Below are positions 9,584-17,411 of a stretch of 51,690 nt of DNA, one piece after another. The position numbers and the translations under genes were made by a program. Each line of letters starts with the position of its first letter. Positions within the stretch are counted from its first letter, which is position 1. Source of the stretch: a virus (lineage: Duplodnaviria; Caudoviricetes); IMG/VR virus record IMGVR_UViG_3300032258_000002, positions 1 through 51,690 of that record; one strand, 5' to 3'. Under the pieces are notes generated by a model, which saw only the letters and a list, made by a program, of their open reading frames with translations, searched no databases and was not told the origin of the DNA.

Positions 9584-9873
9584 ACGAAGTACTCCGCGTA
9601 CTGCTCTAACAATTCTTTTCTTGTTCTCGTTTTGTCAAGCAGCTCCACCTCTCTAGAAAATCGCTCGAGCATTTTAGTTTTTGTATAATCTGTTGCTTCA
9701 CTAACAACAATAAAATCTTCCTTATGTATAGTTGCAGCCCAGCGCATATCAGCATCTAAAGAATATAGAATAAACGGCTGAACAGATGCAACAACAGCGG
9801 AAGAATATCTGCCGGAACCTGATACCAAGAACCCTTTACCTTCTTTATATTCGACAATATCAAAAATCTTCAT
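9580..9873 (-). CDS. Small protein, PEYFI-tail family
   Basis: Ends YAEYFV. Confidence 0.75.
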   Translation of the reverse strand: MKIFDIVEYKEGKGFLVSGSGRYSSAVVASVQPFILYSLDADMRWAATIHKEDFIVVSEATDYTKTKMLERFSREVELLDKTRTRKELLEQYAEYFV

Positions 9874-10124
9874 ACAAAGTACTCCGGGAAAATTTCTTTA
9901 AGCTTTTGGATCTCTCTGTGGTTGAAGTATCCTGTAGCACTCGTGCATTCATCTTTTTCATTTAATTTACAGTTATTGCAATTAGATAATGCTTCACAAA
10001 ACAAATTCCCCTCTTCAAGAATAGGAGGAATCTCAGGCATTTCTTTAATAAAAAGATTTAACATTTTTAAATTATCATCAAATCTTTTACTAAGAGTCTT
10101 ATAAGTTTTAGTATACTCAATCAT
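9870..10124 (-). CDS. Small 4-Cys protein, PEYFI-tail family
   Basis: CEALSNCNNCKLNEKDEC; ends FPEYFV; ATGA overlap. Confidence 0.8.
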   Translation of the reverse strand: MIEYTKTYKTLSKRFDDNLKMLNLFIKEMPEIPPILEEGNLFCEALSNCNNCKLNEKDECTSATGYFNHREIQKLKEIFPEYFV

Positions 10125-10354
10125 ACAAAATACTCCGGGAACTCTTCTTTTGCTATCGGGATGAATGGGCTTTTAGGTCCTGTCGATGCTGGACAGTTAT
10201 TAATTTTCTTAAAATGACAGCCATCGCATATTAGAATTCTACATCTAATTACTGGTCTGTTATCACCGGTAATACCGAAGTTCAGTGGTGTTAACTCAAA
10301 ATCACCATCTTTCATATTCTGTATGAAAATTCTCTTTGATATCTCATCAATCAT
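10121..10354 (-). CDS. Small 4-Cys protein, PEYFI-tail family
   Basis: CRILICDGCHFKKINNC; ends FPEYFV. Confidence 0.8.
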   Translation of the reverse strand: MIDEISKRIFIQNMKDGDFELTPLNFGITGDNRPVIRCRILICDGCHFKKINNCPASTGPKSPFIPIAKEEFPEYFV

Positions 10355-10602
10355 ACGAAATACTCTGGGAATTCTTCTGAAAGTTTTTTATACTCAGCTT
10401 GAGTGAGTGTCGGGTCATCATAAACTCTGTTAGCTTTACAAAGCTCATCGCATTTACAGTCTCCGCAATCCATATCCCAACAGAACAATACTCTGTACTC
10501 TTCTGTATTTTCATCCCAGAGATATTCCTCTTCAAAAACTGGTATATGGAACTTAATGAATTCATTGAACACATCATGAGATGTTACCTTTTTAGGTTTC
10601 AT
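10351..10602 (-). CDS. Small 4-Cys protein, PEYFI-tail family
   Basis: CWDMDCGDCKCDELC; ends FPEYFV. Confidence 0.8.
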   Translation of the reverse strand: MKPKKVTSHDVFNEFIKFHIPVFEEEYLWDENTEEYRVLFCWDMDCGDCKCDELCKANRVYDDPTLTQAEYKKLSEEFPEYFV

Positions 10603-10808
10603 ACAAACAACTCTGGGTGATTATCCCTGTGGGTTTGAATTGTTTCTTCACAGAATTTAATGCACTCTCTACGTCGGATAACCTCGAGCTCGGTTAAATT
10701 ATTTTTATGAGCTTCTGAAATTTCTTTGACGGCATCGCGAACGCGTTTATTCAACCTTCTTACTTCTCTAGTCACCATAGTTTCAATCATATCATACGGT
10801 AAACTCAT
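10599..10808 (-). CDS. Small helical protein, PEYFI-tail family
   Basis: Ends HPELFV; AGGAG RBS; first gene after a sigma70-type promoter. Confidence 0.8.
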   Translation of the reverse strand: MSLPYDMIETMVTREVRRLNKRVRDAVKEISEAHKNNLTELEVIRRRECIKFCEETIQTHRDNHPELFV

Positions 10809-10834
10809 AGTGAACTCCTATTTCCTATAGGTTT

Positions 10835-10863
10835 ATTCTATCAGGAAATGCTGGTGCTGTCAA
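10835..10863 (-). promoter_or_regulatory. Sigma70-type early promoter
   Basis: TTGACA-17 nt-TAGAAT within repeated context tggTTGACAgc...tttcctgaTAGAATa. Confidence 0.85.
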
Positions 10864-10876
10864 CCACTTTGTTCAT

Positions 10877-11020
10877 TTATTTGTTCACAATTTCAACTTC
10901 AATAGGATCGGATATTTCAGTTAACAGAACGTTGAAAAGATCTTCGGTCTCTTTCTTGTCTTTATTTTCTTTTGGTTTGTTTGCTTTGTTTGCTTTGTTT
11001 GGTTTCTTTGGTTTCTGCAT
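10877..11020 (-). CDS. Possible 47-aa protein overlapping the TerS 3' end
   Basis: GGAG RBS then MQKPKKPNKANKANKPKENKDKKETEDLFNVLLTEISDPIEVEIVNK; fills an otherwise empty gap. Confidence 0.4.
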   Translation of the reverse strand: MQKPKKPNKANKANKPKENKDKKETEDLFNVLLTEISDPIEVEIVNK

Positions 11021-11552
11021 TATCTCCACCTGAGGCTAAACGTTGTATCAAATCAACTGTGCTAATAGCTTCAGCTCCATTGATGTTTAGCGTGTTATGA
11101 ACACTCTTAGGTCCACCGAGTTCAGCGTGCTTAATTTTGTTCATATTTAGTAAAGTAGCACTGATTTCTTTATAGCTCTGTATGTACAGTTTCATATTAT
11201 CAGCAACAGCTCTATTCAATTCAGCAAAGCTCATAATGAGAGATGCCCTTTTATCTGAATCACTTTCAAGTAATTCCAATGTTATTGAATTGAGTACTCT
11301 ACGGCCATTCTGAGTATTCTCTCTTAGGGTTTCTCTGACGAACTTGAAGTCAGTTACAAGAGTCTCAAGATTAATAATCTCAGCAGGATTCACCGGGTCG
11401 GTATAAAGCGAGATATCTTCCTGTTTCGCTTCAATGAACTCAATGATATCGTCACCCTGTACCTCAAGCTCTTCTGCAATATCAAGCTTTTCGGTAAGCT
11501 TGTTCATTGTCTTAGAAAGAGATGCAGCCTTATCTACTGCTGCTTTTTTCAT
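10962..11552 (-). CDS. gp16: Probable terminase small subunit
   Basis: DFKFVRETL...two long helices...HNTLNI...STVDLIQRL resembles T4 gp16 architecture. Confidence 0.65.
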   Translation of the reverse strand: MKKAAVDKAASLSKTMNKLTEKLDIAEELEVQGDDIIEFIEAKQEDISLYTDPVNPAEIINLETLVTDFKFVRETLRENTQNGRRVLNSITLELLESDSDKRASLIMSFAELNRAVADNMKLYIQSYKEISATLLNMNKIKHAELGGPKSVHNTLNINGAEAISTVDLIQRLASGGDNAETKETKQSKQSKQTKRK

Positions 11553-11863
11553 TTTTTCTTGCCGATTACCGACTGATTACGCATCAGAATAAAAGGACCG
11601 TCGAGGAACTCAAGGTCAAGTCCATCTGTATTGGGCCAAAGAACAAAGTCACCAACTGCAATATCATCAATATCTTTACCAACCGAAACTACTGTTCCAG
11701 ATGATGGTCGGGAATCATTGATAGAAACCTGCTGTTGAGCCGGGATGATAATCCCACCCTCTGTTTTCTTTTCTCCAAAATCTGGAGCCTCTGCCTGAAT
11801 GAGCATGTACTCATTACGAGGCTGAAATTCTGTGCTGTTAATTTTTACTTCTTGTGCTGCCAT
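11549..11863 (-). CDS. GroES-like co-chaperonin (gp31-like)
   Basis: FQPRNEYMLI, KTEGGIIIP, GTVVSVG, IAVGDFVLW. Confidence 0.9.
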   Translation of the reverse strand: MAAQEVKINSTEFQPRNEYMLIQAEAPDFGEKKTEGGIIIPAQQQVSINDSRPSSGTVVSVGKDIDDIAVGDFVLWPNTDGLDLEFLDGPFILMRNQSVIGKKK

Positions 11864-11871
11864 TTTTTCTC

Positions 11872-12057
11872 CTAAATGAATTCTTCTGGGTATTTATTCT
11901 TTAAATCTATAAGTCTTTGAGTTGCTTTATCATACTCTGCTTTATTCTTTTCACTAAGTTTGAGTAGCATTCTTGCCACATATGCATTTTTGATCATGAT
12001 TTGTACAGGAGACCATTTCTGGTCTTTTGGTATATCAATTTTGAATTCTTCGCTCAT
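11872..12057 (-). CDS. Small helical protein, PEYFI-tail family
   Basis: Ends YPEEFI. Confidence 0.75.
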   Translation of the reverse strand: MSEEFKIDIPKDQKWSPVQIMIKNAYVARMLLKLSEKNKAEYDKATQRLIDLKNKYPEEFI

Positions 12058-12278
12058 ATGAAATACTCTGGGTACTTTTCCTTAAATTCTTGTAGATTTT
12101 TTTCTTCTTCTTTTAATTTTTTCTTTAACTCGGGTATATATTCCATATCACCACGTATATCTGAAATATAAATTGCATGAGTTAGATTATCTATGCTCTG
12201 ACGAATTATTCCAATTTGAATTTCAATATCTTGGGTTTCGTAATCAGCCCTGTCGGTTAGTGAAGTTTTCGTGCTCAT
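12054..12278 (-). CDS. Small helical protein, PEYFI-tail family
   Basis: Ends YPEYFI. Confidence 0.75.
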   Translation of the reverse strand: MSTKTSLTDRADYETQDIEIQIGIIRQSIDNLTHAIYISDIRGDMEYIPELKKKLKEEEKNLQEFKEKYPEYFI

Positions 12279-12378
12279 CGGTATCTTTCTTTATACCAAG
12301 TTTGCGCTCGATTGAATCGAAGATTTTGCCCCTGATGATGAACATCTTGTACCATAATTTTTGACATAGCTCTAACAT
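12244..12378 (-). CDS. Hypothetical 44-aa protein
   Basis: GAGG RBS; MLELCQKLWYKMFIIRGKIFDSIERKLGIKKDTDEHENFTNRQG; below ORF-track cutoff. Confidence 0.45.
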   Translation of the reverse strand: MLELCQKLWYKMFIIRGKIFDSIERKLGIKKDTDEHENFTNRQG

Positions 12379-12380
12379 AT

Positions 12381-12872
12381 TTATACCTCTGGGCTCTCTT
12401 GGTCTAATTGAATTGATTTGATAACAAGCTCACTTCCCTGAACTTCCAAGTTCACGTACTTTGGCTTAGTTCCTGGTTGAAATCCAGCCTTCAGGTATTC
12501 TAGACCACCATCAATATTGACTGAGCCATCTGGAGATTCTACAAAATCATGTCTGTACTGTGAGTACACAACATCACCATTTTCAGCAACAATTCCCGTG
12601 AATATTCTGTCTGTGATTCTAATTCCATCACAAATCATGATAGCTTCGCACTCACCTAAATAGTTAATCTTAGGAAATAGAGCAAAGTAATTTGAACCTT
12701 CAGGATGAGCTTCTTTGGCATAGAAGTAAGATGCTGGGAAGTTTGAATAATTTCCATCATCGTCCATCAGACACATATCACAGATATATGTTGCATTATA
12801 TTCCTTTTCTACTCTAGCAACTTCTTCCTGAGATAGCATTGTTTTCTTAATAATGTTCATGTTGTTCTCCAA
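12381..12872 (-). CDS. Conserved phage hypothetical protein
   Basis: YSQYRHDFV...NIDGGLEY motif seen in phage proteins. Confidence 0.7.
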   Translation of the reverse strand: MENNMNIIKKTMLSQEEVARVEKEYNATYICDMCLMDDDGNYSNFPASYFYAKEAHPEGSNYFALFPKINYLGECEAIMICDGIRITDRIFTGIVAENGDVVYSQYRHDFVESPDGSVNIDGGLEYLKAGFQPGTKPKYVNLEVQGSELVIKSIQLDQESPEV

Positions 12873-12885
12873 TATTCCTAATTCT

Positions 12886-12907
12886 ATTATAATACATCAC
12901 AGTTTAA
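12886..12907 (-). promoter_or_regulatory. Class II promoter TTAAAC-N10-TATAAT
   Basis: One of 7 copies with identical spacing. Confidence 0.6.
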
Positions 12908-13488
12908 TAAGTAACCAAATCATAAACTCGTTTCCAGTTCTGAACACGTGGAATATTGCCTGCATAACTAGAATTGTGACCGTGGGCCATAAGAAGAGAA
13001 TTCAAACCCAAATCATGTCCTGCTTCAGCATTCTGAATTTTATCCTCAATCCACCAGCAATATGAATCCTTGTATTCCTCAAGTGCCGCATCCTTCTCTG
13101 CTCCGCAATCGAGATAAACATATCTCTCAAAGATGGTATCTCCAAAGAGTTCACGAAGATTCTTAGTACGGAGATGCTGGGAGTAATCATCATCTGATAG
13201 AGAGGTAATTGCATGGAAAACAAATCCGTGGTCATCGTGCAATTTCCGTACGTACTTAACTGCATCACGAAGTGGTGAAAGCCTACGAATCCAAGCGGAC
13301 TCGTTGAACATCATAACCAATCGGTTAGCCTCATCAAGAGGAACATCGTACTTGATTCTGATGTGGTACTCATTAGGAACAACAATCCTGTACCCGTGGC
13401 GATACATCCAAGTATCAAATGCATATTCCCAGTCAAGTAATACACCATCGCAATCAGTTAAGATTACCTTTTCTTTTTGAACGTACAT
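12904..13488 (-). CDS. HAD-family phosphatase / nucleotidase (T4 30.2-like)
   Basis: ILTDCDGVLLDW motif I, WIEDK motif IV. Confidence 0.85.
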   Translation of the reverse strand: MYVQKEKVILTDCDGVLLDWEYAFDTWMYRHGYRIVVPNEYHIRIKYDVPLDEANRLVMMFNESAWIRRLSPLRDAVKYVRKLHDDHGFVFHAITSLSDDDYSQHLRTKNLRELFGDTIFERYVYLDCGAEKDAALEEYKDSYCWWIEDKIQNAEAGHDLGLNSLLMAHGHNSSYAGNIPRVQNWKRVYDLVTY

Positions 13489-13597
13489 TAGAGCTCCTTC
13501 TCTTCTGCTTCATTTGCTTTCATGAACAATTTCTTGTAATGTTCAACACTTCCAAGAAAATTAACACAATCAACATTCGCGTCAACATGGACTCGAA

Positions 13598-13771
13598 TCA
13601 TGAAGTTCTGCCAGATTCTTTCGAGGTCGTTTTCGGGAAGTGTTTCAGTACGCATAGGTTGCATACGGTATCTCCATTTTGAAGTTTATATTTCACACTC
13701 GCATGTGTTCCACAATCGGCACAGGTTTGTTCATCTTCAAACCAGCCTGGGATGTAGTTAAATGTTTTCAT
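13598..13771 (-). CDS. Small zinc-finger protein (57 aa)
   Basis: MKTFNYIPGWFEDEQTCADCG...VCNLCVLKHF; two CxxC; not in ORF track. Confidence 0.55.
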   Translation of the reverse strand: MKTFNYIPGWFEDEQTCADCGTHASVKYKLQNGDTVCNLCVLKHFPKTTSKESGRTS

Positions 13772-14015
13772 ATCTTTGACCTTTTAACCAAAATAATAGT
13801 TTCTCGTACCACGTCAAATGATATTCATCATCAATCATAGGATTTTCAATATTCCATGTAAAGAATTCAGCAAATGTACCAAATTCCTCTTCTGGATATT
13901 CTTCTGGAAGATAATGAAATGATCTACGTCTCCAAACAATCTCACCAGCTTCGTTAACGACTTTAGCTAATCGAATATTTCTCCATAAACACTGAACTAT
14001 AACGTATGGTTTCAT
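13758..14015 (-). CDS. Hypothetical protein
   Basis: ORF in coupled early-gene array. Confidence 0.6.
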   Translation of the reverse strand: MKPYVIVQCLWRNIRLAKVVNEAGEIVWRRRSFHYLPEEYPEEEFGTFAEFFTWNIENPMIDDEYHLTWYEKLLFWLKGQRYENI

Positions 14016-14374
14016 ACTAAATATGCCTCATCTAAGCCGCCAGCGGCGTTAATAACATCAATAACAACATGAATAGGAACATATCCATAAACAGATGGTG
14101 GTTTATCATTATCGTCAGCCCATTGTGAGAATTCAGGAATTTCTCTGTTTGGGTAACCAACTTCAACTTTTTCCCACGGTCCTGTTGAGTCTCTTGGTCT
14201 AGAATAGTGAAATGAACCAGCCTGTACAGACATTCTCAGTCCATCAGTGCAATGAATATACTCAGCTGAAACCTCACCGGGCTCTTGTTTAATCAACTTG
14301 CACAGATATTCCTTTGTGCATTTCAAAGTTTTCTCATTTCTCCATAAACATAAAATGAATATGTAATATAGCAA
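14012..14374 (-). CDS. Conserved phage hypothetical protein (start uncertain)
   Basis: CTDGLRMSVQAGSFHYSRPR, VEVGYP, VYGYVP motifs of a common phage family. Confidence 0.7.
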   Translation of the reverse strand: MLYYIFILCLWRNEKTLKCTKEYLCKLIKQEPGEVSAEYIHCTDGLRMSVQAGSFHYSRPRDSTGPWEKVEVGYPNREIPEFSQWADDNDKPPSVYGYVPIHVVIDVINAAGGLDEAYLV

Positions 14375-14559
14375 AAGATAAACATAAATGCTACATCAAT
14401 CGCTGTTGCGATAATAAAAGCAAATCCGAATGGTGATGGTAAAACCACAGCTACCCATGCCTTCGAGAATGCAATTGCATAAGATAAAGAGAATACAGCT
14501 GTGATAGTCTCAACAAAAAGCTTGAGATAGTTCACCTGCTCTGGTTTAGAAATTGTCAT
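14323..14559 (-). CDS. Two-TM membrane protein
   Basis: Two hydrophobic segments. Confidence 0.6.
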   Translation of the reverse strand: MTISKPEQVNYLKLFVETITAVFSLSYAIAFSKAWVAVVLPSPFGFAFIIATAIDVAFMFIFCYITYSFYVYGEMRKL

Positions 14560-14765
14560 CGTTTAACCTCTTTGCTAACTTTTCTTGTGAACATTTCTTC
14601 ACCTTTAGAATTATCTTCAATCCACTGTTTAGCCAGAGATTCATTCTTAAAGGTGAGGTGTTCACCACCGCGTTTTACTTTTGAACTTTCTGAGCCTGAG
14701 TGACCTCTATCAGATAACCTGTCGGTTTGTGTCCGACCCATTCTGTAAATTCCGTACTTAGCCAT
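14556..14765 (-). CDS. Hypothetical protein
   Basis: ORF in coupled array. Confidence 0.6.
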   Translation of the reverse strand: MAKYGIYRMGRTQTDRLSDRGHSGSESSKVKRGGEHLTFKNESLAKQWIEDNSKGEEMFTRKVSKEVKR

Positions 14766-14767
14766 GA

Positions 14768-15085
14768 TTAAAAATTGTAGTCGTAGAAACGACGTGGTTC
14801 ATCAGAAAGTGCAAATTGATTTCCGAACTTATCCTTCCAATAAGTTCCCTTCTTGGGTTTACGGATTCGTACAACCTGAGCACCCTCATCTGAAGTAATA
14901 ATCCAACGCTGTGTGTTCTGGTTAGTACAATGACCTGCATATCCACCAGCAATGAACTCAGGTTTCCAAGTCGGGTCGCGCTCATATCTCATACGGCGCA
15001 CTTCTAGTGTCTTGTCTGAAATTTCTCGGATAACCTCGTAAGGTTCAACATCAGAATAACCGTGGCGATTTGCGAACTTTTTCAT
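14768..15085 (-). CDS. Conserved phage hypothetical protein
   Basis: YSDVEPYEVI...FYDYNF; AGGAG RBS; follows early promoter. Confidence 0.75.
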   Translation of the reverse strand: MKKFANRHGYSDVEPYEVIREISDKTLEVRRMRYERDPTWKPEFIAGGYAGHCTNQNTQRWIITSDEGAQVVRIRKPKKGTYWKDKFGNQFALSDEPRRFYDYNF

Positions 15086-15106
15086 ATTAACTCCTTCGAT
15101 AGATAT

Positions 15107-15135
15107 ATTCTATCAGGAAATACCCTTGCTGTCAA
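15107..15135 (-). promoter_or_regulatory. Sigma70-type early promoter
   Basis: TTGACA-17-TAGAAT, same context as the other copies. Confidence 0.85.
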
Positions 15136-15509
15136 CCATTTTGTTCTTTATAATGTGTGTCACAAAGAATCTGAATCCAGTCACCACCCCGTTTCTGTCC
15201 GTACTTACCACATTCTGAGCAAGCATATTGTGATGCAAATTCTGCACTTGCAACCAATGCAAAAACTGCATGGACTGCCCATTTCTTATCAGGTGGGCAT
15301 TTACCTGGCAGCACCGAAACACTCAATGCTCCGAGCTTTTCCTTTACTTGCATAATAGAAAAAGAAATACCTGATGCTTTTTGAACACCCGAGATATCCT
15401 GCAGGAGTTCAGTAATAATCTCATTCCATCCAGGCATAGCATCTAGCCCGATGTGCTTAGAAGTGTACAGATTCGGAAAATCGGTCTTAAGTACATTTTC
15501 TAGGTTCAT
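15132..15509 (-). CDS. Conserved phage protein with C-terminal Zn ribbon
   Basis: GWNEII, QVKEKLGAL, CSECG...WIQILCDTH. Confidence 0.75.
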   Translation of the reverse strand: MNLENVLKTDFPNLYTSKHIGLDAMPGWNEIITELLQDISGVQKASGISFSIMQVKEKLGALSVSVLPGKCPPDKKWAVHAVFALVASAEFASQYACSECGKYGQKRGGDWIQILCDTHYKEQNG

Positions 15510-15787
15510 TCTTTTTCTCCCCTCTTTTTCTCAAAGGCAACTCCGGCTATAAATCCTTCATGTGCAATGAATGTTTCTTCGTCAGCGTATTCGGGAAGAG
15601 ATGCCAGCATTTCCAAATTGTAATCATTTTCATGAGCCCAGTTTTCGAAATAATTAAGAGCTTCCTGCTCAAGAAGTTCTGGTTTATTTTTCTCGATTTC
15701 CCAGTGCCAGTGAAGGTAAACCCATGCAAGATAGATGCCCAAGCCAATTCCTAAAAAGAATAAAATTGCAACAGCTTCAATATTCAT
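15506..15787 (-). CDS. Membrane-anchored hypothetical protein
   Basis: N-terminal TM segment. Confidence 0.65.
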   Translation of the reverse strand: MNIEAVAILFFLGIGLGIYLAWVYLHWHWEIEKNKPELLEQEALNYFENWAHENDYNLEMLASLPEYADEETFIAHEGFIAGVAFEKKRGEKE

Positions 15788-15978
15788 GATTGAACTCCAA
15801 TAGGCTCACCATCTTTATATTCCAAGCACATGTGAACTGTTCCCTCACCCGTTTCTTTCTGAACATAAACACTGGCCTGTGCTGCTTGTTTCTCACATTC
15901 TTCAACTGATGTTAGTGCAGCGGTTCCAAAAATGGAAGTTGGTGAACTAAGCATCCACATTACTAATAGTACTTTCAT
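15784..15978 (-). CDS. Small two-Cys protein with hydrophobic N-terminus
   Basis: MKVLLVMWML...SVEECEKQA...HMCL. Confidence 0.65.
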   Translation of the reverse strand: MKVLLVMWMLSSPTSIFGTAALTSVEECEKQAAQASVYVQKETGEGTVHMCLEYKDGEPIGVQS

Positions 15979-16118
15979 GATTTATCCCAAACCCTATGGC
16001 AAATATTGCACTTCATTCTAAAAACTCTTTTAGTTCCATCGGTGAGAACATCAACCGCTGTATAATCATGGTGAAGGACCTTACATTTAATTTTGTTCCA
16101 AATACGTTTAAAATTCAT
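15975..16118 (-). CDS. Small Cys/His protein (47 aa)
   Basis: MNFKRIWNKIKCKVLHHDY...KCNICHR; ATGA overlaps on both sides. Confidence 0.6.
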   Translation of the reverse strand: MNFKRIWNKIKCKVLHHDYTAVDVLTDGTKRVFRMKCNICHRVWDKS

Positions 16119-16336
16119 GATTTAAGTGACTCCTCAATATCGGCCCACATTTCCTCTGGCGGCTCATCGAGCACATGAACCCAAGTAGGAAAAGTACCAT
16201 GTGGACCAACTGAAATTTCTACATCGTTCCAACGAGTTAACCATCCATTGACACCATCTGAAAATGCAACCATTCTTCCATGTTCAATTCTCTGTTCTGA
16301 ATGAATTATTTCTTCAATCTTCTTCCATCTGGACAT
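16115..16336 (-). CDS. Hypothetical protein
   Basis: ORF in coupled array. Confidence 0.6.
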   Translation of the reverse strand: MSRWKKIEEIIHSEQRIEHGRMVAFSDGVNGWLTRWNDVEISVGPHGTFPTWVHVLDEPPEEMWADIEESLKS

Positions 16337-16533
16337 TATTCAGCTCCCTTTGATGTGCAAGCACCATCAATGAACCTTACACCTTTTGCTTTGTACACAG
16401 CAAGTGCCTTCTCACATGCTTCCTTATTATTGTACTCGACCTGAGCGAAACCACTGCTTTTCATAGGAAGCTGATATTGGTCAGGAGCTCGACCAACAAC
16501 ACCAGCCATCCAAATAATCATTATGAATTTCAT
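16336..16533 (-). CDS. Small two-Cys protein with hydrophobic N-terminus
   Basis: MKFIMIIWM...YNNKEACEKA...GACTSK. Confidence 0.65.
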   Translation of the reverse strand: MKFIMIIWMAGVVGRAPDQYQLPMKSSGFAQVEYNNKEACEKALAVYKAKGVRFIDGACTSKGAE

Positions 16534-16536
16534 GCA

Positions 16537-16872
16537 TTAATCCTCATACTTTGGTTCAAAGTGACTGTAGCCGCCGTTTAGTTCGTCTAAGTGGTGCTCA
16601 TATTCATCTTCGATTGTTTCTTCATTCTCTGGGGAATGGTCATTCATCTGCATAATCTGTTGGTACACAATACCGGACATTGTTGATTCTGTGAATGATC
16701 GGACAATGAATGAACAATCTTCCTGTGTCTGTGGGTCGAGATTATGATTATCGACATATTCAAACAGGTCTTCTGCAATAGGAACTGCATAAGTTGTAAG
16801 AAGTTCATCGCCGTCGAACACACCAACTGTATCGTACCACTCAGAATCTTGCTGTACTATACGGAAATCCAT
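16537..16872 (-). CDS. Acidic hypothetical protein
   Basis: AGGAG RBS, D/E rich. Confidence 0.65.
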   Translation of the reverse strand: MDFRIVQQDSEWYDTVGVFDGDELLTTYAVPIAEDLFEYVDNHNLDPQTQEDCSFIVRSFTESTMSGIVYQQIMQMNDHSPENEETIEDEYEHHLDELNGGYSHFEPKYED

Positions 16873-17100
16873 TTAATTCTCCTTCTTTTCTTTATTAAGT
16901 CTTGCCCACATCTCTGAAATGAATAGAGTAGTACTTGTGAATATCACAAGAGCAATTATAACCATTGCTTCTCCAATCAATCCGGAGCCTGGGCTCACCA
17001 TAACGGCAATACCGGGAAGTCCAATTAAAGCACTACAACCAAAAGAGCCACAAGCTACAATCCAGATTGTTACCCTAGGGTTGAATAAGAATTTAAACAT
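16873..17100 (-). CDS. Two-TM membrane protein
   Basis: Two hydrophobic segments. Confidence 0.6.
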   Translation of the reverse strand: MFKFLFNPRVTIWIVACGSFGCSALIGLPGIAVMVSPGSGLIGEAMVIIALVIFTSTTLFISEMWARLNKEKKEN

Positions 17101-17289
17101 TTAATTTTTTACCTCATTTTTAATATTATAAAATCCAATCGTATAGAGGACACCACTAAGAAAGAAAATAAAGTTCTGATGTGCACCAGGAACCATAATA
17201 AAAGCTCCAAATACATATGCATAAAGTGATATAAAAAAGACGAGAAATATTACTAGACTGTTGATAATTTTTAGTACTTTTTTATTCAT
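17101..17289 (-). CDS. Two-TM membrane protein
   Basis: Start re-called at MNKKVLK. Confidence 0.6.
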   Translation of the reverse strand: MNKKVLKIINSLVIFLVFFISLYAYVFGAFIMVPGAHQNFIFFLSGVLYTIGFYNIKNEVKN

Positions 17290-17411
17290 TGCACCATCCA
17301 TTTCTCTATCCATCTCAAAAATCTACACATTAATGATGTATGATCTGTTTCAGTAATATCACCACATGCATCACATACAATTCTTGGCTTTGGTGGAACT
17401 GGTGAATTCAT
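17286..17411 (-). CDS. Hypothetical 41-aa protein
   Basis: MNSPVPPKPRIVCDACG...; TAATG overlap with ligase stop, GGAGG RBS. Confidence 0.55.
   Translation of the reverse strand: MNSPVPPKPRIVCDACGDITETDHTSLMCRFLRWIEKWMVQ

Noticed and set aside
9580-10808. Recurring GAGTA(C/T)TT..TATGA as a CRISPR or tandem DNA repeat
   Set aside because: Copies are degenerate at synonymous positions, spaced 200-300 bp apart and always in frame at gene ends
10970-11017. 9-bp imperfect tandem repeat at the TerS 3' end
   Set aside because: Low-complexity coding sequence (ETKETKQSKQSKQTK); no sign of a regulatory role
12378-12385. TATAAATA as a late promoter
   Set aside because: Falls between an RBS and its ATG and overlaps a stop codon; may be incidental, although it could serve GroES/TerS downstream
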